From: Chitinophagales bacterium
GTDB taxonomy: Bacteria > Bacteroidota > Bacteroidia > Chitinophagales > CAIODY01
Direction: 5' to 3'
Assembly (NCBI GenBank): GCA_947449695.1
Contig: CANFST010000004.1
Location: 22,555-86,554, forward strand
Length of the DNA: 64,000 nucleotides
Shown here: one piece after another, positions 19,804-29,417 of the stretch
Layout: the number at the start of each line of letters is the position of its first letter
Numbering within the stretch: the stretch's first letter is position 1
Program-made: the position numbers and the translations under genes
Notes under the pieces: model-generated
What the model was told of the DNA's origin: nothing
The model's input: the letters and a program-made list of their open reading frames with translations, nothing else
Database searches by the model: none

Positions 19804-21555
19804 ATGAAAAAACTATTTTTATTTTTTATCGGCGTTTTGTTTCTAATGCAATCGTGCAGCACTCATAAATCGTTGCAAGCAGATGAAAAATCAAGCACTT
19901 TAAGCAATCAATTAGATACAAAAACAAATGATGAGCAACGTACTTTTTTAGATGCCATCAAAGCCTATAACTTAGGTGATGTGCCTCAAGCCATCAAATT
20001 ATTAAATGAATGTGTAAAGCTGAACCCTACTAATGATGCGGCTTTCTATGAATTGTCGAAAATTTATTTAGAAAGTCAACGTAACGAACCTGCCTTATTA
20101 TTTGCTAATCAAGCAGTGAAATTAGATGCTAAAAACAAATGGTATCAAATGCAATATGCTGATGCTTTAGCTTCATCGGGCAAGCTGAAAGAGGCGGCAG
20201 CAGTGTATGAAACGCTGGTTAAACAAAATCCAGAAGAAGAAGATTATTATTTAAATGGTGCTTATTTATACGAAAAATCAAATCAATGGAGTGATGCTTT
20301 ACGTTTGTTTAATCAATTGGAAAATAAAACTGGAAGCAATGAAGAATTGAGTTTGCAAAAAGAGCAAGTGTATTTGCGGATGGGAAAAGTTGATTTAGCA
20401 GCTGGAGAATTAGAGAAATTAATTTCAGTTAATCCTTCCGAAGTTCGCTACTATGGGATGTTGGCAGAATTATATGAAGCTAACAATCAACCTGAAAAAG
20501 CAATGCAAGCATATGAGAGATTGATGAAAGTAAGCCCCGGCGATGGCAGAGCTTACGTAGCAATGGCGCAATTTTATTTCAGAAAAAATGATTACAAAAA
20601 TTTTATTGATAATTTAGAAAAGAGCATCAACAGCAAAGAATTAGACGCCACTATGAAAATTGGGTTACTTGGTTTGTTGATGCAAAAAGCTGCAATTGAT
20701 TCAACTAAATTGCCAGATGCATTACGAATAAGTACCTTGTTCACACAAACCAATAGCAATGATAGCAGAGCATTTGCGATACATGGCGATGTGAATGTGA
20801 GCATGCACAACAGCGAAACTGCGATGAACGATTACAAAAAAAGTATTGCCATCGAACCAAAAGAATATGCAGTGTGGCAGCAATTATTTTTTGTTTTGAG
20901 CGATTTGAAAAAAAATGATTCGCTCGAAAGTTATAGCAGCAAAGCGATAGAGCTTTTTCCTGAACAAGCATTGAGTTATTACTTCAATGGATTTGCAAAT
21001 TCACAATTGAAAAATTTTGAAAAATCTATCAAAAATTTAAAACGTGGCATTCCGATGTGTGCTGATAACAATGCCTTAAAAGCTCAGTTTTATGCTTCTT
21101 TGGGCGACACTTATCATGCTATGAAACGACACAATGCCAGTGATAGTGCTTATGAAAAAGCATTAGATTTGAAACCCGATGAAGCATTTGTCATGAACAA
21201 TTATGCCTATTATCTATCGTGTAGAAATATGAATTTAGATAGAGCTGAAGAACTTTCAAAAAAATCGAATTTGCTGCAACCAAAAAACAATTCATTTCAA
21301 GATACTTATGGATGGATATTGTTTCAGCAAAAAAAATATACTGATGCAAAAGAATGGATTGAAAAAGCGTATAATAACGGCGCAGCTCAAAACTCCACTA
21401 TTTTAGAGCATTTGGGTGATGTTTACTTTTTTTTGAATGATGAAAATAAAGCCATTAATTTTTGGCAACAAGCAAAACAAAATGGAAGCAAAGGAATGAT
21501 GCTTGATAAAAAAATTGCTGAAAAAAAATATTTTGAAACCACCGAAGCCGAATAA
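19804..21555 (+). CDS. TPR-repeat lipoprotein
   Basis: I prefer the ATG at 19804 (MKKLFLFFIGVLFLMQSCS, a lipobox-like signal) over the track start at 19711, which overlaps the upstream gene. Multiple TPR-like A..Y/A..P helical repeats are present. Confidence 0.7.
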   Translation: MKKLFLFFIGVLFLMQSCSTHKSLQADEKSSTLSNQLDTKTNDEQRTFLDAIKAYNLGDVPQAIKLLNECVKLNPTNDAAFYELSKIYLESQRNEPALLFANQAVKLDAKNKWYQMQYADALASSGKLKEAAAVYETLVKQNPEEEDYYLNGAYLYEKSNQWSDALRLFNQLENKTGSNEELSLQKEQVYLRMGKVDLAAGELEKLISVNPSEVRYYGMLAELYEANNQPEKAMQAYERLMKVSPGDGRAYVAMAQFYFRKNDYKNFIDNLEKSINSKELDATMKIGLLGLLMQKAAIDSTKLPDALRISTLFTQTNSNDSRAFAIHGDVNVSMHNSETAMNDYKKSIAIEPKEYAVWQQLFFVLSDLKKNDSLESYSSKAIELFPEQALSYYFNGFANSQLKNFEKSIKNLKRGIPMCADNNALKAQFYASLGDTYHAMKRHNASDSAYEKALDLKPDEAFVMNNYAYYLSCRNMNLDRAEELSKKSNLLQPKNNSFQDTYGWILFQQKKYTDAKEWIEKAYNNGAAQNSTILEHLGDVYFFLNDENKAINFWQQAKQNGSKGMMLDKKIAEKKYFETTEAE

Positions 21556-21648
21556 TAAATTAGTTTTATAGATTCTTCGAGCAATTTTTTGTGCAATTAT
21601 TCATCATTTTATTTTAAGTTTGCTCATTCATTTTCAAAACAACTTTTG

Positions 21649-23250
21649 ATGAAGAAAATTATATTTCTTTTACTTACTTCAGCAATTTCTTTTTTTTCAA
21701 ATGCTCAAAATCTTGGTCGAATAACAGGTTCTCTGCAATACAATCAAAACTTTTATCAACGCGATAGCACAATTGGTGCAAGCGGAAATCCGCTTTATGA
21801 CAATCGCTTGAGCGGCGGAGAAGGCTGGTTGAATTTGAATTACACCAATAACGAAATGGGGCTAAGTAGCCAATTCAGGTTAGATATTTTCAATAATTCA
21901 AATCTGCATAATCCCATTTCGCCTTATAGTTCGCAAGGTATTGGATTTTGGAATGTGAGTAAACAATTTGAAAACCTAACAGTAACTGGTGGTTATTTTT
22001 ATGACCAATTTGGCTCTGGCATTGTATTTAGAGCCTATGAAGACAGAGGTTTGGGTATTGATAATGCAATATATGGTTTGCAATTAAAGTATAAATTATT
22101 CAATGATAAGATTTTTATCAAGGCATTTACTGGTCAGCAAAAAAGCTTATTTAGTGTCTATGCCCCTATTGTAAAAGGCGTTAATGTTGAATCATTTTTT
22201 GACGCTAATCAAGTTCAATTTTCGCCAGGGATTTCAATTGTAAACAGAACTTTGGATGATGTGAATTTCAATTCAATAAAGCAAGAAATAATAAACATGA
22301 CTTCTTATGATAGCAAGTTTATTCCTAAATATAATGCTTATGCTTATTCAATTTATAATACCACTAACTTCAGTAATTTCAGTTGGTATGCTGAATATGC
22401 TGGGAAAACAAGTGAAGCAATCAGAGATTATAATGGGAATCTTATAAATAAACCGGGTTCAGTTATTTTTTCAACTTTAAATTATTCGGTGAAAGGATTT
22501 GGTGCAACAGTTCAATACAAGCGAACTGATTATTTCAAATTTAGAATTGACCCTAATGAGAATGAAGTTTTATTGAAAGGTATGGTTAGTTTTCAGCCGC
22601 CAATTTCACATCAAAACTCATTGCGTTTGTTAGCTCGTTATATGCCTGCAACACAGGAACTAGGTGAGCAGGCAGCCGAGACTGATGTGTTTTGGAATCC
22701 GTCTAAAGGCTATAAATTGAGTGGCAATTACACACACATTGACGATAACCATGGCGGATTTTTATACCAAGAAGGTTATGGTGATATTGAAATTAAGAAA
22801 CTTCGTAAATCAACTATAGATTTAGGTTTGCAAGCTGTTGATTATAATTTAGCAGTATATCAAGGTCATCAGGGAAGACCGATTGTACATACGTTTGTTC
22901 CTTTTGCGGAATTCAGTCATAAATTTTCTGATACCAAATCTATTCGTACTGAATTACAATATATGTTTAGCAAACAAGATTATGGTTCCTGGGCTTATGC
23001 ATTGGTTGAGTATAGCATTGCGCCTCATTATTCATTTGCTGTAAGCGATATGTATAATACAGTTGTAAGTACTGACAACCCCCATCCGCAAGCTCATTAC
23101 TATAATTTCTTTGCAAGCTATACCGAACATAGCACAAGATTCACTGTGGCTTATGTAAAACAAGTAGCAGGCGTAGTTTGCACAGGTGGTGTATGCCGCC
23201 AAGAACCTGCATTTAGCGGTGTGAAGATGAGTATATCGACAGTATTTTAA
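21649..23250 (+). CDS. outer-membrane beta-barrel protein (DUF6029-like)
   Basis: I prefer the ATG at 21649 (MKKIIFLLLTSAISFFSNAQ signal). The pattern is alternating and aromatic-rich, ending with a terminal F (ISTVF). The family name is from memory of its synteny with Omp28-related genes and was not verified. Confidence 0.45.
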   Translation: MKKIIFLLLTSAISFFSNAQNLGRITGSLQYNQNFYQRDSTIGASGNPLYDNRLSGGEGWLNLNYTNNEMGLSSQFRLDIFNNSNLHNPISPYSSQGIGFWNVSKQFENLTVTGGYFYDQFGSGIVFRAYEDRGLGIDNAIYGLQLKYKLFNDKIFIKAFTGQQKSLFSVYAPIVKGVNVESFFDANQVQFSPGISIVNRTLDDVNFNSIKQEIINMTSYDSKFIPKYNAYAYSIYNTTNFSNFSWYAEYAGKTSEAIRDYNGNLINKPGSVIFSTLNYSVKGFGATVQYKRTDYFKFRIDPNENEVLLKGMVSFQPPISHQNSLRLLARYMPATQELGEQAAETDVFWNPSKGYKLSGNYTHIDDNHGGFLYQEGYGDIEIKKLRKSTIDLGLQAVDYNLAVYQGHQGRPIVHTFVPFAEFSHKFSDTKSIRTELQYMFSKQDYGSWAYALVEYSIAPHYSFAVSDMYNTVVSTDNPHPQAHYYNFFASYTEHSTRFTVAYVKQVAGVVCTGGVCRQEPAFSGVKMSISTVF

Positions 23251-23274
23251 TTTTTTTGAAAAAATATTTTTACG

Positions 23275-24174
23275 ATGAAAAAAGTTTTTGGCTCAATTGT
23301 TTTAGCAGCAATTTTTGTATTGAATGGATGCAAAGAAATTGGTCCGCCAATCGTATTGCAAGCGCCTCCAGTTGTAAAAGGAACTAAACCAAGTGGATTA
23401 ATTTCTGATTCAACATACATTGAAACAAGCATTCCAGCAGCAGATGTAAAACGGGTTATGATAGAAGAATTTTCAGGACAACATTGCCCTAATTGTCCGA
23501 AAGGCCACGAGGCAGTTGACCAATTGATTGCGACTAATCCAGGCTTAATTTCATCGGCAACTTTGCATACTTCATTTTTCAGTCCCCAAAGCGACCCCAT
23601 TGCTCCAGTAGATTTCAGAACATCTTTCTCAACTGATATCATCAATGATTATGGCGCTGGCGCAATTGGAATTCCTTGTGCAATGATGGATAGAGTTTTA
23701 TTCTCTGGACAAAGCAGCACAGCTTTACTTTCCCCAACTTCATGGTCTGGTTTTGTAGCAACTGAATTAGCAAAAACTTCCTATGTTAACATTAAACTTA
23801 ACAGCTTTTGGGATGCTCCAATTAACCAAGATTCAGTAACAGTTGAATTACATTTTACTTCCGCATCAAGTGATAATATTAATTTAAGCTTAATGCTTAC
23901 CGAAGATAATATCATTGCAGGGCAAGATTCAACAGGTATAATTTTACCTAATTATACACATAATCGGATCTTGCGCACTATGCTAACACCATCAACAGGT
24001 ATAAATATTACGCCAAGCAAAGTAGCAGGTAGAGTGGTTATTTACAAATTCCGCTCTGATGTTATTGATACTTCAAAATGGAAATTGAATAATTTAAAAT
24101 TGATTGCTTTTGTTCATAAACAAAATATTGGAGTTTATGACATCATTCAAGTTTCAGAAAAAAAGGTACAATAA
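23275..24174 (+). CDS. Omp28-related / thioredoxin-fold outer-membrane lipoprotein
   Basis: Lipoprotein signal (LNGC). EEFSGQHCPNCP is a CxxC motif in a thioredoxin-like context. Length is 299 aa. Confidence 0.45.
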   Translation: MKKVFGSIVLAAIFVLNGCKEIGPPIVLQAPPVVKGTKPSGLISDSTYIETSIPAADVKRVMIEEFSGQHCPNCPKGHEAVDQLIATNPGLISSATLHTSFFSPQSDPIAPVDFRTSFSTDIINDYGAGAIGIPCAMMDRVLFSGQSSTALLSPTSWSGFVATELAKTSYVNIKLNSFWDAPINQDSVTVELHFTSASSDNINLSLMLTEDNIIAGQDSTGIILPNYTHNRILRTMLTPSTGINITPSKVAGRVVIYKFRSDVIDTSKWKLNNLKLIAFVHKQNIGVYDIIQVSEKKVQ

Positions 24175-24215
24175 AGTTTAAAAAATCTGACAACCACCAA
24201 AAAAGAAGAGCTTTC

Positions 24216-25106
24216 TTATTTAATCATTTTCAAATAATGCTCAATAGCTGCCGCCATACTAGGCATACCGTGTTTAGGCGCTTCTATATGCAATTTAAAT
24301 CCTGATTCTTTAACAGCCAAGCAAGTGGTTGGGCCAAACGCACCAATACGAATATTTTTCTGCTTAAACTTAGGAAAATTTTTCGTTAGCGCTTCAATTG
24401 CAGAAGGGCTAAAAAATACCATCATGTCAAAAGAATCTAATTGCAAATGTTTTATTTCGCTAGGGGTAGTTCTGAACAATACAGCCTCAAAGTATTTGAA
24501 CTTATTTTTTTTAAGATGGCTCACGATTTCAGTATTTGGTGTTTCGCTACAAGGCAATAAATAACTTTCGCCTTCGATGTGTTTGTTCAAAACATTTAAT
24601 AAATCCTTGGTTGTACCATCGCCAAAAAACACTTTTCTTTTACGATATTGAATAAACTTTTGCAGATATAATGCAATAGACTCAGTAGTGCAAAAATATT
24701 TGGTTTCGCTACTCATTTGTGTTTTTAATTCACCCAATAACCTAAAGAAGTGGTCAACTGAATTACGGCTGGTTAAAATAACAGCTGTAAATTCATGCAA
24801 GTGAATTCGATATCGCCTAAATTCTTTGGCAGTAATACCGTTGATTTCGAAGAATGGCTGAAACTCAATATTTATTTTAAATCGTTTAGCTATTTCAAAA
24901 TAAGGTGACCTATCACCTTCAACAGGCTTAGGTTGAGTAATCAACAATCTTTTTACAGGTTCACCTTTTATCACTTCTACCTGAACAGGCTTAGATTTTG
25001 GGGCTTCAATTAATTTTTTCTTTTTTGCTGTAGCTGATTTGGCAGGCTTTGCTTTGCTAATAACAACTTTTTTTGCAGCAACTTTCTTTTTAACAATAGT
25101 AGGCAC
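24216..25106 (-). CDS. hemD: uroporphyrinogen-III synthase (HemD)-like protein with a Lys/Ala/Pro-rich N-terminal tail
   Basis: The core LLITQPKPVEGDRSPYFEIAKRFKINIEFQPF...AVILTSRNSVDHFFRL...KYFCTTESIALYLQKFIQYRKRKVFFG matches the Bacteroidetes HemD-like family. The first ~50 aa are KKKVAAKKVVISKAKPAKSATAKKKK. Confidence 0.65.
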   Translation of the reverse strand: MPTIVKKKVAAKKVVISKAKPAKSATAKKKKLIEAPKSKPVQVEVIKGEPVKRLLITQPKPVEGDRSPYFEIAKRFKINIEFQPFFEINGITAKEFRRYRIHLHEFTAVILTSRNSVDHFFRLLGELKTQMSSETKYFCTTESIALYLQKFIQYRKRKVFFGDGTTKDLLNVLNKHIEGESYLLPCSETPNTEIVSHLKKNKFKYFEAVLFRTTPSEIKHLQLDSFDMMVFFSPSAIEALTKNFPKFKQKNIRIGAFGPTTCLAVKESGFKLHIEAPKHGMPSMAAAIEHYLKMIK

Positions 25107-25139
25107 TTTGTCGAGTTGTTTTAGTTTAAATATTAAAAA

Positions 25140-26102
25140 TCATTTTAAGATAGACAATTGTTGCACTAATTTAATCAGTATCAATATAGGCGCAACTTCA
25201 ACGGTGCAAATATACAAAATAAAATGGAAGAAATTTGCAAACATTATATTTCCTCCGATTCGCCAAGCAATAACAATTCGATAAATTGTCATTCCTGATA
25301 GCAAAATATAACAACCTATCCACAAAAAATTGATAATTGAAGGGCTACCAAATGCTAATACCAAATTTAGTGGGACAAAGATAATTCCTGCAAACTCTAA
25401 TTGCATCAGATCTAAGTAGCTTAGAGTTTCTAAATCATTTTTTTGATTAAACAAATTAACGGCTAACCGATAAATCGTCATTCGACATATCACAAACCCA
25501 ATAATACCAATCATCAAAATTGGTATTAAGAACAATTCATTAAAGGAAATCTGTACTTTTTGACGATGTAAATGCAAAAAAAGTAAAATTGCAAAAGCCA
25601 CGTAAAAATTGATAGCCAATAACAAGCCTGGTACTGAAAAAGAAATATCCTGCTGCCGCATCATCTGCATTGCATTGTTCAAATTAAAATAGGATTTCCA
25701 TAATTCAATAAAAAATCTAGCAAAAAACGATTTCACAAAAACAACTATTGCTGCCAAAAACAAAATGATATAAAAAAGCCATTTTTCAGGCATTGCCGGA
25801 CGAAGTTGCGCAAATTCTGTTTTCGTATCATCAGCTTTAAATAGCTGACTATTCTCTACCACAATTGGTTTATGGCGCAATGAATCGAACTGATAATAAT
25901 TTTGTGATTGGGAATAATTATACCCAGAATCGGGCAATATATAAGGGAAAAATGCCGATGAACTGCTGGTGTCGTGATGAGGTAAAAAGAAGTTTGAAAA
26001 TTTTGATAAACTATCTACTTTAAGCATAGGAGCCGGCATTAATGGTAAGTGTATTGCTACAAGTAGAAAAAATAAAATCCAATTTTTTCTTAAGTTCAAC
26101 AT
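25140..26102 (-). CDS. DUF4271-like polytopic membrane protein
   Basis: 320 aa with about 6 TM helices. It lies immediately upstream of the HemD-like gene, a synteny I recall for DUF4271. The family assignment was not verified. Confidence 0.5.
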   Translation of the reverse strand: MLNLRKNWILFFLLVAIHLPLMPAPMLKVDSLSKFSNFFLPHHDTSSSSAFFPYILPDSGYNYSQSQNYYQFDSLRHKPIVVENSQLFKADDTKTEFAQLRPAMPEKWLFYIILFLAAIVVFVKSFFARFFIELWKSYFNLNNAMQMMRQQDISFSVPGLLLAINFYVAFAILLFLHLHRQKVQISFNELFLIPILMIGIIGFVICRMTIYRLAVNLFNQKNDLETLSYLDLMQLEFAGIIFVPLNLVLAFGSPSIINFLWIGCYILLSGMTIYRIVIAWRIGGNIMFANFFHFILYICTVEVAPILILIKLVQQLSILK

Positions 26103-26536
26103 GCAAGATTAGTGATTTTATCTACTCGGTTTTGATGCCGCCCACCTTCAAAAGCAGTAGCAAAAAATAATTCAACACACTCCCATGCATCAGCTGGATT
26201 GATAAACCGGGCTGGCAAACAAATAATATTGCTATTATTATGTTGTCGGGTAAGTTTTGCTATTTCAGGAAGCCAGCAAATAGCTGCACGAACAAATGGA
26301 TATTTATTAGCGGTAATGGCAACGCCTTGTGCACTTCCACAAATTAAAATAGCTTTTTCAAATTCGTTGTTGCCTAAAGCTTTACAAAGTGGGTGAACCA
26401 CATCAGGATAGTCCATTGAATCTGCTGAATGAGTACCAAAATCTTTTATTGTGTAGCCATGTTGTGTTAGATGTTGAACAATAAATTGTTTCAATTCAAA
26501 CCCAGCATGGTCGGCGGCAATAGCGATAGTTGACAT
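26096..26536 (-). CDS. rpiB: ribose-5-phosphate isomerase B
   Basis: IAIAADHAGFELKQ, ILICGSAQGVAITANK and GGRHQNRV are typical of RpiB/LacAB. Confidence 0.88.
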   Translation of the reverse strand: MSTIAIAADHAGFELKQFIVQHLTQHGYTIKDFGTHSADSMDYPDVVHPLCKALGNNEFEKAILICGSAQGVAITANKYPFVRAAICWLPEIAKLTRQHNNSNIICLPARFINPADAWECVELFFATAFEGGRHQNRVDKITNLAC

Positions 26537-26563
26537 ATCTTTCAGTAAAATTAGTAGCTAAAA

Positions 26564-27691
26564 TTAATAATTTCCACTCAGCATAATAGGCATTATCAGC
26601 ATCAACAAGTTTTCGTTGGTGGCTTGTTGTTCGGGCACAACAATACCTGCACGTGATGGTGAACTCATTTCGAAACGAATATTATCACAGTTTAATGCCG
26701 AAAGCATATCAATCAGAAATTTTCCATTGAAGCCAATTTCTAAATCAACGCCGTTATAATTACAAACTAAAGTTTCATCAGCCTCGTTAGAAAAATCTAA
26801 ATCTTGTCCTGTAATATGCAATTGACTGCCCTTTAAATTAAATGCTACTTGATTAGTGGTTTTATTACTAAAAATACAAACCCGTTTTAACGCTCCCAAC
26901 AAATCATCTTTAGCAATGCTCAATACATTTGGATTTTCAGTTGGTATCACCGCTTCATAATCAGGATATTTCGCATCAATCAGTCTGCATACTAATTGAA
27001 TATTGCCACAATCGAAATAAGCATTGTTCTTGTCATAAGCTATTTGAGCTGGCGTTAAATCGTTGGGTAATATATTTTTTACAATGCCAATTGATTTACG
27101 AGGCACTATAAAATTAGCAGATTCCTCATGTTTCAAATCACTTCTTTTAATGCTTACCAAACGATGAGCATCCGTACTGACAAAATTGCATCCATCTTTA
27201 CCCAACTGGAAATATAATCCTGTCATTGCAGGGCGAAGTTCCTCTTGTCCTATTGCAAAAAAACAACTATTGATGATGTGTGCTAACTCCGATCCTGCAA
27301 TTGTGATGCCTTTAGTGCCCTCAGTTGCTTTAGGTATTTTAGGGAAGTTGTCACCATCTTCGCCGTTCAATTTATAAATTCCATTATCAGAAGTAATCTC
27401 TACCGAAAAGTTTTCTTCATCTACTTTAAAGGTAAGGGGCTGTTCGCTCAAATTTTTCAATACCTCCATCAATTGTTTGCCTTCGATAGCAACCTTAATT
27501 ACATCTTTGCATTCTACTTCTAAGCTAGTGACCATGCTTGTTTCCAAGTCGCTGCTGCAAAGCACTAAGTTATTTTTTTTAATATCGAATAAGAAATTAT
27601 CTAATATAGGCAATACTTTGTTGCCAGCTAATGCGCCGCTGATGCTTTGCAATTGTTTCAATAAGGCTGAAGTGGATACAATAAATTTCAT
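26564..27691 (-). CDS. dnaN: DNA polymerase III beta sliding clamp
   Basis: 375 aa. MKFIVSTSALLKQLQSISGAL, PRKSIGIVKNIL, VIPTENPN and the C-terminal LMLIMPIML are typical of DnaN. Confidence 0.92.
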   Translation of the reverse strand: MKFIVSTSALLKQLQSISGALAGNKVLPILDNFLFDIKKNNLVLCSSDLETSMVTSLEVECKDVIKVAIEGKQLMEVLKNLSEQPLTFKVDEENFSVEITSDNGIYKLNGEDGDNFPKIPKATEGTKGITIAGSELAHIINSCFFAIGQEELRPAMTGLYFQLGKDGCNFVSTDAHRLVSIKRSDLKHEESANFIVPRKSIGIVKNILPNDLTPAQIAYDKNNAYFDCGNIQLVCRLIDAKYPDYEAVIPTENPNVLSIAKDDLLGALKRVCIFSNKTTNQVAFNLKGSQLHITGQDLDFSNEADETLVCNYNGVDLEIGFNGKFLIDMLSALNCDNIRFEMSSPSRAGIVVPEQQATNENLLMLIMPIMLSGNY

Positions 27692-27865
27692 TCTGAATAC
27701 TGATTAATTCATTAAAAAAAACAAAGATAAATGACGCGACAAATAATAAGGTAAAGGAATTGGTTTTATTTTCCACATCAATGTAGATAAATGATAAATG
27801 CAGTAATTAGTTTCACAATCATTTCATTTTAGCAACTCAAAATTACAATTATCTTGCAGGCGCAA

Positions 27866-28873
27866 ATGAAAACAAAATCATTACTTGTATTAGGTTGTTT
27901 GTTGTTGAGCTTTAACAAATTCAGCTCGGCTCAATTGCTACCCAAATATGGCGATAGCCGAAGCGGCACAACGGGTTTTCAATTTTTAAAGATTGCTCCC
28001 GATGCTCGTTCAGTGGGTATGGGCGAAGCTTTTACTGCTGTAGTAAATGATATGAGTGCAGTATATTGGAATCCTGCTGGTATTGCTCAATTAGATAGTT
28101 CGATTATACATGCACAAGTTGGGCAAACTAACTATTTTAGTCATATCAATTTGCAACAAATTGCTATTGCAAAAAAAATCAGACCTTCCGTTTTTTTAGC
28201 TGCACATCTCGAATATCTGAGCACTGGTTATATGAATGTAACTACTGAATTTGCACCTACCGGCAACGGACAACAATTTAATTTTTCTGATTTGGCTTTA
28301 GGCATAAGTATGGCTAAAACCCTTACTGATAATTTTAGTTTTGGTTTTACAGCAAAATATATTCGTGAAGGAATTGCAACTGTGTACACCAAAAATATAG
28401 TGGCTGATTTTGGTTTTCAATACAATATTGGCAAAGGCAATACAAGATTTGCAGTAGGGGTCAGCAATTTTGGTTCGCCTACTTCGGCTGGTGGAAGTTT
28501 TACCAAGCTTACATTTGGAGGAGATGCAACCTATAAAAATTTTGAAAAAATAAATGTCCCTTCTGTTTTCAGATTAGGCGTTGCAACAGATGTGATTAAA
28601 AAGAATAATCAATTGCTAACTATTGCTGCACAATTAAATCACCCAACTGATAATAATGAATCAGTAAATGTGGGGGTGGAATATGGCTGGCATAAAACCT
28701 TATTTGGCCGAATGGGTTATCAATTCGGAACAGATGAAAGCTACCTGCCTTCTTTCGGCATCGGATTATTGGTGAAACGTAAATTTGGCAATATCCGCTT
28801 CGACTATGGTTTTCAGGCTAAAAAATTATTAGGCGTAGTGCATCGCATCAGCCTTACTGCCGATTTGTTTTAA
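27866..28873 (+). CDS. PorV/PorQ-family T9SS-associated outer-membrane beta-barrel protein
   Basis: I prefer the ATG at 27866 (MKTKSLLVLGCLLLS). FQFLKIAPDARSVGMGEAFTAVVNDMSAVYWNPAGIA is the family's N-terminal signature. Confidence 0.62.
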   Translation: MKTKSLLVLGCLLLSFNKFSSAQLLPKYGDSRSGTTGFQFLKIAPDARSVGMGEAFTAVVNDMSAVYWNPAGIAQLDSSIIHAQVGQTNYFSHINLQQIAIAKKIRPSVFLAAHLEYLSTGYMNVTTEFAPTGNGQQFNFSDLALGISMAKTLTDNFSFGFTAKYIREGIATVYTKNIVADFGFQYNIGKGNTRFAVGVSNFGSPTSAGGSFTKLTFGGDATYKNFEKINVPSVFRLGVATDVIKKNNQLLTIAAQLNHPTDNNESVNVGVEYGWHKTLFGRMGYQFGTDESYLPSFGIGLLVKRKFGNIRFDYGFQAKKLLGVVHRISLTADLF

Positions 28874-29295
28874 AGCATTTTTTTTAATAATTTCAATTGC
28901 TTGTCTTCAGCCAATCGCATATCGGCTTTATCTTTTTTTGTTTTGTCTTTACAACCACACAAATGCAATATGCCATGTATCATCACCCTGTTCAGTTCTT
29001 CTTCAAATGTGATTTTTAAAGTATTTGCATTTTCTTTCACCCTATCAATGCTGATATAAATTTCGCTTTCTATTTCATTTTTTGTTGAATAATCAAACGT
29101 AATTATATCGGTATAAAAATCGTGTTGCAAAAAGCCCTGATTGATTTCTAACAAATATTCATCGCTGCAAAACACATAAGTGATGCTGTTTAAGTTTTTT
29201 TTGTATTGCTTAAAAGCCCCTGCTATCCAAAGCTTCAGCTTGGTTTTGTTTTTTAATTGAAATTTTATTTCGTGTGTGAAAAACTGAATTGACAT
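28870..29295 (-). CDS. ybeY: rRNA maturation RNase YbeY
   Basis: Zinc motif HGILHLCGCKD. I prefer the internal ATG at 29295 (MSIQFF...), which gives a typical ~141-aa length. Confidence 0.85.
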   Translation of the reverse strand: MSIQFFTHEIKFQLKNKTKLKLWIAGAFKQYKKNLNSITYVFCSDEYLLEINQGFLQHDFYTDIITFDYSTKNEIESEIYISIDRVKENANTLKITFEEELNRVMIHGILHLCGCKDKTKKDKADMRLAEDKQLKLLKKML

Positions 29296-29417
29296 GTGTT
29301 TTGAGTTTATATAATGCAAAGGTAAGCCATGATAAACTATCCTGTTCATCTATCTAGCGCTATTTGGAATAGCGTACAAACTTAGTGAACAGCTGCCGCC
29401 AGAATGATGCAGCCCAA

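Noticed and set aside
27692-27865. A single DnaA-box-like TTTTCCACA lies in the dnaN/porQ divergent intergenic region (ttattttccacatc).
   Set aside because: An isolated 9-mer match in AT-rich DNA is expected by chance, and there is no cluster.
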